Positions 1 through 9,104 of a stretch of DNA of 64,000 nt are shown here, piece by piece. The notes under the pieces were generated by a model. The model saw nothing but the letters and a program-made list of their open reading frames with translations, ran no database searches and had not been told where the DNA came from. Within the stretch, counting starts at the first letter, position 1. Every line of letters starts with the position of its first letter. The stretch spans positions 128,001 through 192,000 of the forward strand of contig CAWAIF010000003.1 in the NCBI GenBank assembly GCA_963782055.1, given 5' to 3'. The translations under genes and the position numbers were made by a program. The DNA is from an uncultured delta proteobacterium (lineage in GTDB: Bacteria; Myxococcota_A; Polyangia; Polyangiales; Polyangiaceae).

Positions 1-378
1 AGCCGCGCCGCCAACCTCACGGCCGTCAGCGGCGCCAACTCCATCAACGCCAGCGGCTGGTCCACCGCCGGCCTGGACAAGTCGCTCTACTACACCTTCA
101 CCATCACCCCGACCTCCTCCTGCGCACTGGACCTGACGTCGCTCGGCATCGATACCAAGGAGAGCGGCACCGGCCCGGCGTCGCTCGCCGTGGCGACGAG
201 CGCCGACAACTTCGCCTCCACCACCACGTTCGCGATCAACAGCTCCACCAGCGTGGCGCTCTCGGTGAGCGGCGCGACGAAGGCGGTGGAGGTGCGCGTC
301 TACGGCTACGACGCCACCGGCGCCGGCGGGACGATGCGCATCCAGACCACCCTGACCGTCTCCGGCGCCCTGAAGTAG
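1..378 (+). CDS. C-terminal part of a secreted/surface Ser/Thr/Ala-rich beta-sandwich protein (5' end outside window)
   Basis: Frame 1 is open from base 1 to TAG at 376-378 with strong GC3 codon bias (…YYTFTITPTSSCALDLTSL…VEVRVYGYDA…LTVSGALK). Confidence 0.75.
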   Translation, partial: SRAANLTAVSGANSINASGWSTAGLDKSLYYTFTITPTSSCALDLTSLGIDTKESGTGPASLAVATSADNFASTTTFAINSSTSVALSVSGATKAVEVRVYGYDATGAGGTMRIQTTLTVSGALK

Positions 379-406
379 GGGCGCCACCCTCCCCCTCGCG
401 CCGACG

Positions 407-805
407 TCACACGCGCGCGCCCTTGCCACGCCGCCTCGTGCGCGAGAGCACCAGGGCCCCCGTGCCGAAGGGGATCAGCCCCAGGAAGACGCCGGCCGCC
501 AGCGAGGTGCGCCCCTCGGTGTTCGCGCTCGTTTGCCGTGCCTCGAGACGGGAGAAGGAGGAGCCGCGACCAATCTCCGCTGCGTCGAGAGGGCGGGACG
601 TCGCGAGCAACATGGACGAGAGCCCGGCGAAGACGCAGGCCGTCGCGCTCCCCACGGCGAGCCACGCGAGAAAGCGGCTCCTCGCGCGCCGCCGGGCCGC
701 CAGCACCAGCCCGGCGAGACCAAACCCGGTGCCGGTCAGGAAGAGCGCGGCGATGAGCAGAAACGGTCCCGCGTTCCAGCCTACGTCTTCTGCGGCTGAC
801 CCCAT
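407..805 (-). CDS. small integral membrane protein (about 3 TM helices)
   Basis: ATG at 805 after GGGGGAGGG RBS; hydrophobic segments FLLIAALFLTGTGFGLAGLVL, FLAWLAVGSATACVFAGL, LAAGVFLGLIPFGTGALVL. Confidence 0.65.
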   Translation of the reverse strand: MGSAAEDVGWNAGPFLLIAALFLTGTGFGLAGLVLAARRRARSRFLAWLAVGSATACVFAGLSSMLLATSRPLDAAEIGRGSSFSRLEARQTSANTEGRTSLAAGVFLGLIPFGTGALVLSRTRRRGKGARV

Positions 806-1170
806 CCGTCCCTCCCCCCATCGGCATCGTGCATGCTGCAGAGCAGGACGATCGCCTCCTGGCGCGTCCTGGTGCACGGGACGAGCACGCCGACGTCCGC
901 CTGGAACGTGGAGCGGTTCTTTCGTACCCACGTCAGCGGCCCCACCCAGCTCACTTCCCCGCACTCGGCGTTCGCCACCGCCGTCAACAGGAGAGCCGCG
1001 GTCTCCGCGGAGCGGCAGAGCATGTCGACGGCCGCGTGGACCAGATCCATTCTCGTGTAGCCGTAGACGCGCGCCGCCTCGTGGTTGGCGTCGAGGATCG
1101 TCGCCGTACGGGAGTCGAACGCCCACACGGGGAACGGGCTGGCGAAGGAGGTTGTGGACGCGGAGGCCAT
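781..1170 (-). CDS. stand-alone PAS domain protein
   Basis: PFPVWAFDSRTATILDANHEAARVYGYTRMDL…WVRKNRSTFQADV is a PAS signature; lies downstream of the PAS kinase. Confidence 0.65.
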   Translation of the reverse strand: MASASTTSFASPFPVWAFDSRTATILDANHEAARVYGYTRMDLVHAAVDMLCRSAETAALLLTAVANAECGEVSWVGPLTWVRKNRSTFQADVGVLVPCTRTRQEAIVLLCSMHDADGGRDGWGQPQKT

Positions 1171-1247
1171 CGGAACCAACCTGGGGCCAAAACGCGACCC
1201 GAACCATCCACAATGGCCGTGACTCGGAGGCTCGGAAGTACCGAGGG

Positions 1248-2489
1248 TCAGCGCGTCGGCCGGCGGCCGCGCCGCGCGCGGCGGGGGACCGGGACGATGG
1301 GAACGGCAATGCGTGCGCGGGTGCCGTGCCTCGGCCTGGACGTGATCTCGAAGGTGCCACCGAGGTGGCCCACCTGCTCCCGCACGCTGAAGAGGCCGAA
1401 TCCCGCGAGTCGCGCTCCTCCTCGCGCGAAACCCCGGCCGGGGTCCTCCACCGCGAGGTGGAGCTGGCCCCCGGCGACGCCGAGGGTCACTGCCGCCTGC
1501 CGCACGCCCGCGTGCTTGGACACGTTGACCAGCAGCTCGCGCGCGCAGCGGAACAGCACGGCGGCCACGTCGTCGTCCAGCTTGGGGACAGGGCTGGTGC
1601 GACGTAGCGTCACCCGGAGGCCGAGCTGCCGGGTCAGGTCCTCGGCGAGCCAGCTCAGCGCCGCCTCCAGGCCGAGGTCGTAGAGCACCGGCGGGCTCAG
1701 CTCGAAGGTGAGCGTGCGCGTGTCGTCGATGCACTGCTGAAGCAGGTGCATCGTGTCCTTTAGCGCGGCCTGCGTCTCACGGCTCCGGGCCGCGGGCAGC
1801 GACGCCAGCTTCATGTGGGCCGCCGCGAGGCCCTGGCCGATGCGGTCGTGAAGGTCGGCGGCGATGCGGCGCCGCTCGCGCTGCTCGGCGAGCGTCGCGT
1901 CGAACGCCATGCGCTGAAGCTTGCGCTGGTAGGTGCGGACCTCGGTGAGGTCGATCATGGCGAGCTGGAAGGCGGCGCCGCCCGCCGTGGGTCCTGCGGC
2001 GGCGAGGACGTCGATCTGCACCGGGACGGGGCGTCTGCCGGTGCCCTGCACCACGACCTCGCACGAGCGTCGACCGCCGTCGGCGGTGGCGCGTAGCCGC
2101 TCGCGATAGAAGGTGTCGGCGTCGGCGGAGCCCATGAACGTGGCGAACTGCCGACCCCGGAGCTCGGCGCGCTCGGCCCCGAGCAGCGCGGTGGCGCTCA
2201 CGTTCGCCTCCAGGATCTTGCCGGCGCGGTCCAGCATCAGGTGCGCGGTGGGGGCGAAGTCGTAGAGCTGCTGGTAGCGGTCGCGACTCTCGCGCAGCGC
2301 GAGCTGCGTGCGACGAAGCTCGTCGTTCTGCATCTCCAGCTCGACCTGGTGCACTTGCAGCTCGTGCAGCAGTCGCTTGTCGGCGAGAGAGGGCTTCCCC
2401 TTCGTCGCCGTCGTGTGCGCCGCGCCGCCCTTCGACAGGACATTCTCCGCGCGCCGCCGCAGACCGGGCCGTGGCGCGCCGCGACTCAC
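1248..2489 (-). CDS. PAS-domain sensor histidine kinase, NarX/UhpB (HisKA_3) type
   Basis: GTG start overlaps upstream stop (GTGA); ELQVHQVELEMQNDEL coil, PAS, ERRRIAADLHDRIGQ H-box, ELLVNVSKHA N-box, EDPGRGF and GFGL G-boxes. Confidence 0.9.
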   Translation of the reverse strand: MSRGAPRPGLRRRAENVLSKGGAAHTTATKGKPSLADKRLLHELQVHQVELEMQNDELRRTQLALRESRDRYQQLYDFAPTAHLMLDRAGKILEANVSATALLGAERAELRGRQFATFMGSADADTFYRERLRATADGGRRSCEVVVQGTGRRPVPVQIDVLAAAGPTAGGAAFQLAMIDLTEVRTYQRKLQRMAFDATLAEQRERRRIAADLHDRIGQGLAAAHMKLASLPAARSRETQAALKDTMHLLQQCIDDTRTLTFELSPPVLYDLGLEAALSWLAEDLTRQLGLRVTLRRTSPVPKLDDDVAAVLFRCARELLVNVSKHAGVRQAAVTLGVAGGQLHLAVEDPGRGFARGGARLAGFGLFSVREQVGHLGGTFEITSRPRHGTRARIAVPIVPVPRRARRGRRPTR

Positions 2490-5488
2490 GACTTTCCCTT
2501 CGGGGGGCGCACGTACGGCGTGATGTCCGTCGCGACGCACGAGACGCCGCCGTCTTCCCGCACCGGCTCGACGAAGACGTCGTAGGAGCGACGCTCGCCG
2601 TCGACCACCAGCTCGACCCGGCTCCTGGCGGCCTTCCTGGACTTCTGCACCGCGCGCTTCAGCGCAAGGAGATCCCGGGCGCCGCGCGGGCCGAAGATCG
2701 CCACGTCGGTCTTGCCCTCGATGTCGCGCGCGCGCCGGCCGAAGACGGTGCTCGGATACGACCACGTGTAGCGCAGGTCGCGGTCGCTGCCGAAGACGGA
2801 GGTGGCCGAGTGGGCGAGCGTCGCGAGCAGGCGCTCCTGCTCCCGCTCCAGCCTCCGCGCGATGCTGATGTCGACGAAGGTCAGGACCAGGCCGTCGATG
2901 ACGTTCTCGGTGGTGCGGTACGGCAGGATGCGCATCAGGTAGGAGATCGGCTCGCCGCCGTCCCGGGCGCCCTCGACGGTGACCTCCTTGGGGATGAGCG
3001 TGCGGAGCACCTCCTGCGCGTCGTCGACGAGCTTGTCGTAGCGGAGCGTCGACACCAGGTCGCCGATGGGTCTGCCGACGTCGGAGGGGATGAGCCGGAT
3101 GACCTTCTTCGCCTGCTCGGTGAAGCGCTTGATGCGCAGATCGCCGTCCATGAAGATGGTGGCGATGTCCGTCCCGTTGAGGAGGTTCTTCATGTCGTCG
3201 TTGATGTGCGACAGCTCCTCCACCTTGCCCTGGAGCTCGGCGTTGACGGTCTGAAGCTCCTCGTTGAGCGACTGCAGCTCCTCCTTCGATGTCCCCAGCT
3301 CCTCGTTGGCGCTCTGCAGCTCCTCGTTCGTCGACTGGAGCTCCTCGTTGGTGGATTGCAGCTCCTCGTTGGCGCTCTGCAGCTCCTCCGTCGTGGCCCG
3401 GTGGCTCTCCTTGGCCTGCTCGAGCTCGTTCTCCAGCGCGACGACCCGCGCGCCCGCGTGCCTGGAGGCCCGAAGCCCGCGCGCCGGACCCTCCTCCCGG
3501 GCCTCGACGCTGCGCTCGAAGGAGATGCAGAAGAGGCCGCGCAGCGCCGCGGGCTCTCGCAGTCGGCGAACGCGCACGTCCACCCGCGAGTGCGAGCCGT
3601 TCGTCTTGACCAGGACGCCGCGCTGCACCACCTCGGCGTCCTGGCCGGCAGCCTGCCGGATGGCCGCGGTCAACACGAGCGGCAGACCCTCGCGCGCCAT
3701 GTTGAAGACGTTCGCCGCCGCCTGCGCGCCCGGCGCCGGCTCCAGGAACTGCCCGGTGCGACCCTGGACGTGCACCACGTCACCGCGCTCGCGGACGATG
3801 ACCGTCGGCGGCACCAGGTCCTTGAGGATGGCCCGCTCGGCGAGCTGCGCGAGGGTCCGGTGGCCGTGCGTGCCGCCCGCGGCCCCGCCCTCCGCCAGCG
3901 TCCTCGGGAGCCCGGCGCCGATCGCCGGCGGGAAGTCCGCCACGTAGGTGCCGGCCGGCGCGTCCAGGCGACGGAAGATCTTCCACTTCCGGTCCAGCGG
4001 CTCGAAGAGGCGCGTGAACGGAGCCGCCGACTCCGACGATCCGAGGAAGAGGATCCCATGCGCCTTGATCGCGTAGTGGAAGAGGGGAAAGACCTTCTTC
4101 TGCAGGCTGTTGTCCAGGTAGATGAGCAGGTTGCGGCACGACAGGAGGTCGACCTTGGTGAAGGGCGGGTCGGCGAGGACGTCCTGCGGCGCGAAGACGA
4201 CCATCTCGCGCAGCTCCTTCTTCACGCGGAAGCGGTCGTCCTCCTGCGTGAAGAAGCGCGCCAGCCGCGTCGCGGAGAGGTCGTTGGCGATGCCGAACGG
4301 GTAGGTGCCCCTGCGCGCGGAGGCGACGGCGTCGGCGTCCAGGTCGGTCGCGAAGATCTGGACGCTGAGCGAGCGCTTCGCCTCGTCCATCGCCTCGCGG
4401 AAGAGGATGGCCAGCGAGTAGGCCTCCTCCCCCGTGGAGCAGCCCAGCACCCACGCGCGCAGGACGTAGTCGTCCGGCTTGTCCGCGAGCAGCTGCCGGA
4501 TCTGCCCCGCGAGCGCCTCCCACGCCTCCGGGTCGCGGAAGAAGGAGGTCACGCCGATGAGCAGCTCCTTGAAGAGGAGATCGATCTCCTCCGGGTGGTT
4601 CCGGAGGTACGCGACGTACCGCTGCATCGAGCCGAGGTGGTGGACGACGATCCGCCGGTCGATGCGCCTCTGCACCGTGCTCGACTTGTACTGGGAGAAG
4701 TCGTGGCCAGTCCGGCCGCGCAGGAGCGAGAAGACTCGCTGGATCGGCTCCTGATGCCCCTCGTGCCGAGCCTCGTGCGCCTTCGCCGGAACCCGGGCTC
4801 GTTCGTACGCGATCAGCCTGTCCGGCATGTCCTCCGGCGGCAGCACGTAGTCCACGAGCTGCGTGCCGACCGCGCTCTGCGGCATCCCGGCGTACTGGGC
4901 GGACTTGACGTCCTGCGCCATCACCATGCCGAGCTCCGCCTTGATCTCCTTCAGGCCGAGGGTCCCGTCGGTGCCCGTTCCGGAGAGGATGACGCCGACC
5001 GCGAGCTCCTTCCGGTCCTGGGCGAGCGAGCGAAAGAAGTAGTCGACCGGCATCGGGATGGGGATCCTGCGCCCCACCGCGGCCGACTGGAGCACGCCGT
5101 CGACGACGGCGAGGTTGTCCCCCGGGCGGGAGGTGTAGACGTGGTCTGGCTCGAGCGGTGTCGACTCCGACGCCTGCACGACGGGCATCGAGGTCCTCCG
5201 GCTCAAGAGCTCGGCCATGAGGCTCGCCTGGCCGGCGTGCTGGTGAGTCACCACGACGAACGCCATGCCGCTCGACACCGGCATCGCGGCGAAGAAGGCC
5301 TCGATCGCCTCGAGGCCGCCGGCCGAGGCGCCGATGCCGACGACGGGGAAGGCCTTCCGCGGGCGCGCATGCGCGGCGCGCTCCGGGGCGGGCGCAGTGG
5401 CGGCCTTCTTGCGCACCGCCGTCGTCTTTCGCGCCCTCCCCTGCCGCGCGCGGCCGGCCTTCGATCCGCCCCGAACCGCCTTCGCCAT
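2486..5488 (-). CDS. CheB methylesterase/CheR methyltransferase fusion with coiled coil and PAS domains
   Basis: CheB motifs GASAGG, VTHQ, LSGTGTDG; CheR motifs LIGVTSFFRD, GCSTGEEAYS, ATDLD, SCRNLLIY; EELQS heptads; C-terminal PAS; start could be upstream at 5569. Confidence 0.92.
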   Translation of the reverse strand: MAKAVRGGSKAGRARQGRARKTTAVRKKAATAPAPERAAHARPRKAFPVVGIGASAGGLEAIEAFFAAMPVSSGMAFVVVTHQHAGQASLMAELLSRRTSMPVVQASESTPLEPDHVYTSRPGDNLAVVDGVLQSAAVGRRIPIPMPVDYFFRSLAQDRKELAVGVILSGTGTDGTLGLKEIKAELGMVMAQDVKSAQYAGMPQSAVGTQLVDYVLPPEDMPDRLIAYERARVPAKAHEARHEGHQEPIQRVFSLLRGRTGHDFSQYKSSTVQRRIDRRIVVHHLGSMQRYVAYLRNHPEEIDLLFKELLIGVTSFFRDPEAWEALAGQIRQLLADKPDDYVLRAWVLGCSTGEEAYSLAILFREAMDEAKRSLSVQIFATDLDADAVASARRGTYPFGIANDLSATRLARFFTQEDDRFRVKKELREMVVFAPQDVLADPPFTKVDLLSCRNLLIYLDNSLQKKVFPLFHYAIKAHGILFLGSSESAAPFTRLFEPLDRKWKIFRRLDAPAGTYVADFPPAIGAGLPRTLAEGGAAGGTHGHRTLAQLAERAILKDLVPPTVIVRERGDVVHVQGRTGQFLEPAPGAQAAANVFNMAREGLPLVLTAAIRQAAGQDAEVVQRGVLVKTNGSHSRVDVRVRRLREPAALRGLFCISFERSVEAREEGPARGLRASRHAGARVVALENELEQAKESHRATTEELQSANEELQSTNEELQSTNEELQSANEELGTSKEELQSLNEELQTVNAELQGKVEELSHINDDMKNLLNGTDIATIFMDGDLRIKRFTEQAKKVIRLIPSDVGRPIGDLVSTLRYDKLVDDAQEVLRTLIPKEVTVEGARDGGEPISYLMRILPYRTTENVIDGLVLTFVDISIARRLEREQERLLATLAHSATSVFGSDRDLRYTWSYPSTVFGRRARDIEGKTDVAIFGPRGARDLLALKRAVQKSRKAARSRVELVVDGERRSYDVFVEPVREDGGVSCVATDITPYVRPPKGKS
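3241..3390 (-). repeat. 21-bp/7-aa tandem repeat (EELQS[TA]N)n inside the CheB/CheR gene
   Basis: TEELQSANEELQSTNEELQSTNEELQSANEELGTSKEELQSLNEELQTVN. Confidence 0.9.
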
Positions 5489-5586
5489 CACGCCTCCACC
5501 CTGCTCGCGGGACGACCGGGTTTGCACGTCCTCCGCATCCCCGGGATACTTGGTCCTCGCGTGCGCCACAAGCGGGGAGGCCGACC

Positions 5587-6219
5587 ATGAAGATCATGCT
5601 CGTGGAAGACCATCACATCGTGCGAGAGGGCCTGCGCCGCATCCTGGCCAGCGAGGCGGACACCATCCTCGAAGCGGACAACGGGCGCACGGCGGTGCAG
5701 CTCGCGCGCGCGCAGAAGCCCGACGTCGTCGTGATGGACATCAGCATGCCGGAGCTCAACGGCATCGACGCCACCAAGCGCATCATCGCCGACAACCCCA
5801 AGACCAGGGTCATCGGCCTCTCCATGCGGACGGACCGCCGCTACGTCCTGGAGATGCTGGGCGCGGGCGCGGCGGGGTACGTCACCAAGAGCGCCGCGGC
5901 CGCCGACATCGTGCGCGCCGTCCGGACGGTGGCAGCCGGCCAGACCTACCTCGACCCGCAGGTGTCGGGGGCGGTGGTCGATGCGCTCCGCGCCCCGCCG
6001 GGCGAGCGCTTCCAGAGGAAGCAGCTCTCCACGCGCGAGCGGGAGGTGCTGCAGCTCCTGGCGGAGGGGCGCTCCTCCAAGGACATCGCCCGCGCGCTCC
6101 ACGTCGCCGTGTCGACGGTGGAGACCCACCGCCGGCAGATCGCGGCGAAGCTGGGCCTGAAGACGGTGGCGGAGCTCACGAAGTACGCCGTGCGCGAGGG
6201 CCTGACCTCGCTCGAGTAG
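5587..6219 (+). CDS. NarL/LuxR-family response regulator
   Basis: Receiver (VEDH, VMDISMPELNG, YVTK) plus LSTREREVLQLLAEGRSSKDIA HTH; GGGGAGG RBS. Confidence 0.95.
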   Translation: MKIMLVEDHHIVREGLRRILASEADTILEADNGRTAVQLARAQKPDVVVMDISMPELNGIDATKRIIADNPKTRVIGLSMRTDRRYVLEMLGAGAAGYVTKSAAAADIVRAVRTVAAGQTYLDPQVSGAVVDALRAPPGERFQRKQLSTREREVLQLLAEGRSSKDIARALHVAVSTVETHRRQIAAKLGLKTVAELTKYAVREGLTSLE

Positions 6220-6268
6220 CCGCCGGGTCTGCGGCCGTCGCGACGCTTCTGAGCTATCCTCCCGAGCC

Positions 6269-6841
6269 GTGAAGCCAGGCCGCACAGCGACGCTCTCCCT
6301 CCGCCTCGCCGGCTGGCGCTACGAGGGCCCCGTTCCCCGGGCGAAGAAGTACGTCATGCTGGCGGTGCCTCACACGAGCAACTGGGACGGCCTGCTCCTG
6401 CTCATGCTGACGCGGAGCATCGGCCTGAAGCTGGAGTGGATGATCAAGGACTCTTGGGTGAAGGGACCGATGCGGCCGGTCATGCACGGTCTCGGCGCGG
6501 TGGCGATCGACCGATCTCACGCGAAGAACGTCGTGGAGCAGATGGTGGCGGAGTTCGACCGCCGCGACGCCTTCGTGCTGGCCATCCCGCCGGAGGGCAC
6601 GCGCTCGCGCGTGGAGCACTGGAAGTCCGGCTTCTATCACATCGCCCTCGGCGCGAAGGTTCCGGTCGTGCCCGGGTACCTGGACTACGGGCGCAAGCGC
6701 GCCGGGCTGGGGGAGCCCGTCACGATGACCGGCGACGCGCGGGCGGACATGGACCGCATCCGGGCGTTCTACGCCGAGAAGAACCCCACGGCGCACGACC
6801 CGGCGAGCTTCGGCCCGATCCGCCTGCGCGAGGAGGGGTGA
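6269..6841 (+). CDS. lysophospholipid/1-acylglycerol-3-phosphate acyltransferase (PlsC family)
   Basis: PHTSNWD, IDR, PPEGTRS, WKSGFYHIA motifs. Confidence 0.9.
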   Translation: MKPGRTATLSLRLAGWRYEGPVPRAKKYVMLAVPHTSNWDGLLLLMLTRSIGLKLEWMIKDSWVKGPMRPVMHGLGAVAIDRSHAKNVVEQMVAEFDRRDAFVLAIPPEGTRSRVEHWKSGFYHIALGAKVPVVPGYLDYGRKRAGLGEPVTMTGDARADMDRIRAFYAEKNPTAHDPASFGPIRLREEG

Positions 6842-6860
6842 GGGCGTCGCGTGTGGCGGC

Positions 6861-7916
6861 TCACCAGCTCCACGCGTCCGTGGACGGCGTGTAGATCAGG
6901 CTCGTGTCCGTCGGCGGGGGGAAGCTCGTCGGCAGCGCCGTCGCCGGCGAGCCCGCGAGCGCGAGGATCCGGCCGTCCTCGTCCGCGGTGACGCCCAGCC
7001 AGCCGCGAGCCTCCGGCATGGGCGCCCGCACGCTCCACGCCCGGGTGACAGGATCGTAGGCGTCCACCTCGGCGAGGAACTGGTCCCCCACGCCGCCCAC
7101 CGCGTAGATGAGACCGTCCGCTCCCGTGGCCGCGCCGAACCAGAAGCGCGCGACGGGCATGGGCGTCTCGGTGGTCCACTGCATCGTCGTCGGGTCGAAG
7201 GCCTCCACGATGTTCACCGCGAGGTTGGTGGAGTCCCGCCCGCCGAGGACGTAGATGCGCCCGTCCTTGCCGGTGACCGCCGCGCAGGCGAAGCGCGCCG
7301 TGGGCAGGGGCGGCCCCTGGTAGCTCCACGCCTTCGCCACCGGATCGTAGGCCTCCACCACGTCCAGCATGTCACCGCCGGCGTTGCGCCCGCCGACGGC
7401 GAAGATGCGGCCGTCCGGCGCCGCCGCCACCGCCAGGCCGAGGCGCGCCACCTGCATGTCCGGCAGCGTCGTCCAGGTGTCGGCGGCCGGATCGTAGGCC
7501 TCGACGTGGCTGGTGGGTGACGCGTTGCCGACGGCGCCGCCGACGACGTAGACCTTGCCGTCCTTGCCCGTCGCCGCGCCCGCCGCGTAGCGCGCGGTGG
7601 ACGGCGTCGCGGCGAGCGTCCACGCGTTGTCGTCGCGCGAGTAGACCTCCGCGGTCGGCACGATGCCGTCGGGTGCTTCGCCGCCGGCGACGAGCACGCG
7701 GCCGTCGCTCATCGTCGCCGCGGCGAAGAGGGCGCGCGGCTGGTTCATCGGCGCCATCGTCGCCGGGGTCGCGTCGGCGGCTGCGTCGCCCGCGCCGGCG
7801 TCGGACATGGCGGCGTCCGGCGCGGCGTCGGCCGGACCGTCCGCCGTCGAGCCGCAACCACACACCCCGACCCACAAGCCCACTGCCGCGAGGGAGACGG
7901 CGCCGCGCCAATCCAT
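6861..7916 (-). CDS. secreted Kelch-repeat protein
   Basis: Signal-like N-terminus with Cys; about 6 repeats of DG[RK]xYxxGG…VEAYDP…W. Confidence 0.88.
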   Translation of the reverse strand: MDWRGAVSLAAVGLWVGVCGCGSTADGPADAAPDAAMSDAGAGDAAADATPATMAPMNQPRALFAAATMSDGRVLVAGGEAPDGIVPTAEVYSRDDNAWTLAATPSTARYAAGAATGKDGKVYVVGGAVGNASPTSHVEAYDPAADTWTTLPDMQVARLGLAVAAAPDGRIFAVGGRNAGGDMLDVVEAYDPVAKAWSYQGPPLPTARFACAAVTGKDGRIYVLGGRDSTNLAVNIVEAFDPTTMQWTTETPMPVARFWFGAATGADGLIYAVGGVGDQFLAEVDAYDPVTRAWSVRAPMPEARGWLGVTADEDGRILALAGSPATALPTSFPPPTDTSLIYTPSTDAWSW

Positions 7917-8098
7917 GACTCGTCCTTTCGACGTGCGGATTCGCACGCCCGCGTGATCGACGCCAGCGCATGTGCACGGGCGATGCCAACCGCGCCCCGG
8001 CGGCTGGCGGCGCGAAAGGTGGTCGCCGTGCCCTCCGCGGGCCTCGATGCGTCATTCCCCTGACGCATGCCCGGCCCTATGCTCCGCTCGCTTCTCCC

Positions 8099-9019
8099 AT
8101 GAGCATCGCCCTCCCCCCGCCGCCTGACGGCGCCTCGGCCGCCACCGCGCGCCTCCACCTCCGCTACGAGGACATCACCCAGGACGGCAGGCTGGTGCTC
8201 GAGGCGCTCCCCAACGCCCTCGGCGCCGCCATCTGGTCGGCGCAGCTCGCGCGGGACCCGCTCGCGCGCGCGTGCTTCGCGCAGGGGATCGTCCCCATCC
8301 TCACGCGCTTCGTCATGGAGGGCACGCCGGGGCCCTTCTCCGCCTCGGTGCCGGTGAGCGCGTCGGGCACCTTCCGCATCGCGCGTGCGATCGGACCCGG
8401 CGGTGAGACGCAGAAGCTGTTGCTGGAGATGTGGGCCGACGTCTCCGGGCCGGTGGGGCGCACCTACGACCCGCAGCCGGAGCGCGCCGGCGAGACGGCG
8501 CTCGCCGGGCGCATCTACGGCGAGCACGTCTTCACGCGCCTCTTCGCGCCCCCGGAAGAGCGCAAGGTGCTCACGCTGGACGTGCCCGGCGGCGAGGCGC
8601 GCGTCACCGGGTCGGTGCCCTCCCGGCCGCTGGGTCGCATCGCCGAGCTCCCGGCGGCCGCGCGCCCCCTGGACGACGCGATGGTCGTCGACCCGGTGAC
8701 GACGTGCTTCGGCGTGGTGCACACCGACAGCAACCAGCACGTCAACTCGCTGGTGTACCTGCGCCTCTTCGAGGAGGCCGCGCTGCGGCGCCTGACGGCG
8801 CTCGGGCGGAGCGCCGTCGTGCTCTCCCGCGCGATGGAGATCGGCTACCGCAAGCCGTGCTTCGCCGGGGACCGCGTGCGCGTCGCCTTGCGCGCCTTCG
8901 AGACCCCGGACGGCCGCGTGGGCGTGGCCGGCGTGATGCTCTCCGAGGCCGACGCCGCCACTCCGGAGCGCCTCACCGCGGCGAAGCCGTGCACCTACGT
9001 CAAGATGCTCTTCGAGTGA
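8099..9019 (+). CDS. double-hotdog acyl-ACP/acyl-CoA thioesterase-like protein
   Basis: LRYEDITQDG first hotdog; HTDSNQHVNSLVY and IGYRKPCFAGD in the second. Confidence 0.75.
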   Translation: MSIALPPPPDGASAATARLHLRYEDITQDGRLVLEALPNALGAAIWSAQLARDPLARACFAQGIVPILTRFVMEGTPGPFSASVPVSASGTFRIARAIGPGGETQKLLLEMWADVSGPVGRTYDPQPERAGETALAGRIYGEHVFTRLFAPPEERKVLTLDVPGGEARVTGSVPSRPLGRIAELPAAARPLDDAMVVDPVTTCFGVVHTDSNQHVNSLVYLRLFEEAALRRLTALGRSAVVLSRAMEIGYRKPCFAGDRVRVALRAFETPDGRVGVAGVMLSEADAATPERLTAAKPCTYVKMLFE

Positions 9020-9104
9020 GGGCGCCCGCACGCCAGGCGGCACTCCATCACCGCGTCGGAGCGGCGGAGGCTGCTCTTCTGGCAGCGAGCGGCCCGCCGT
9101 GGCG

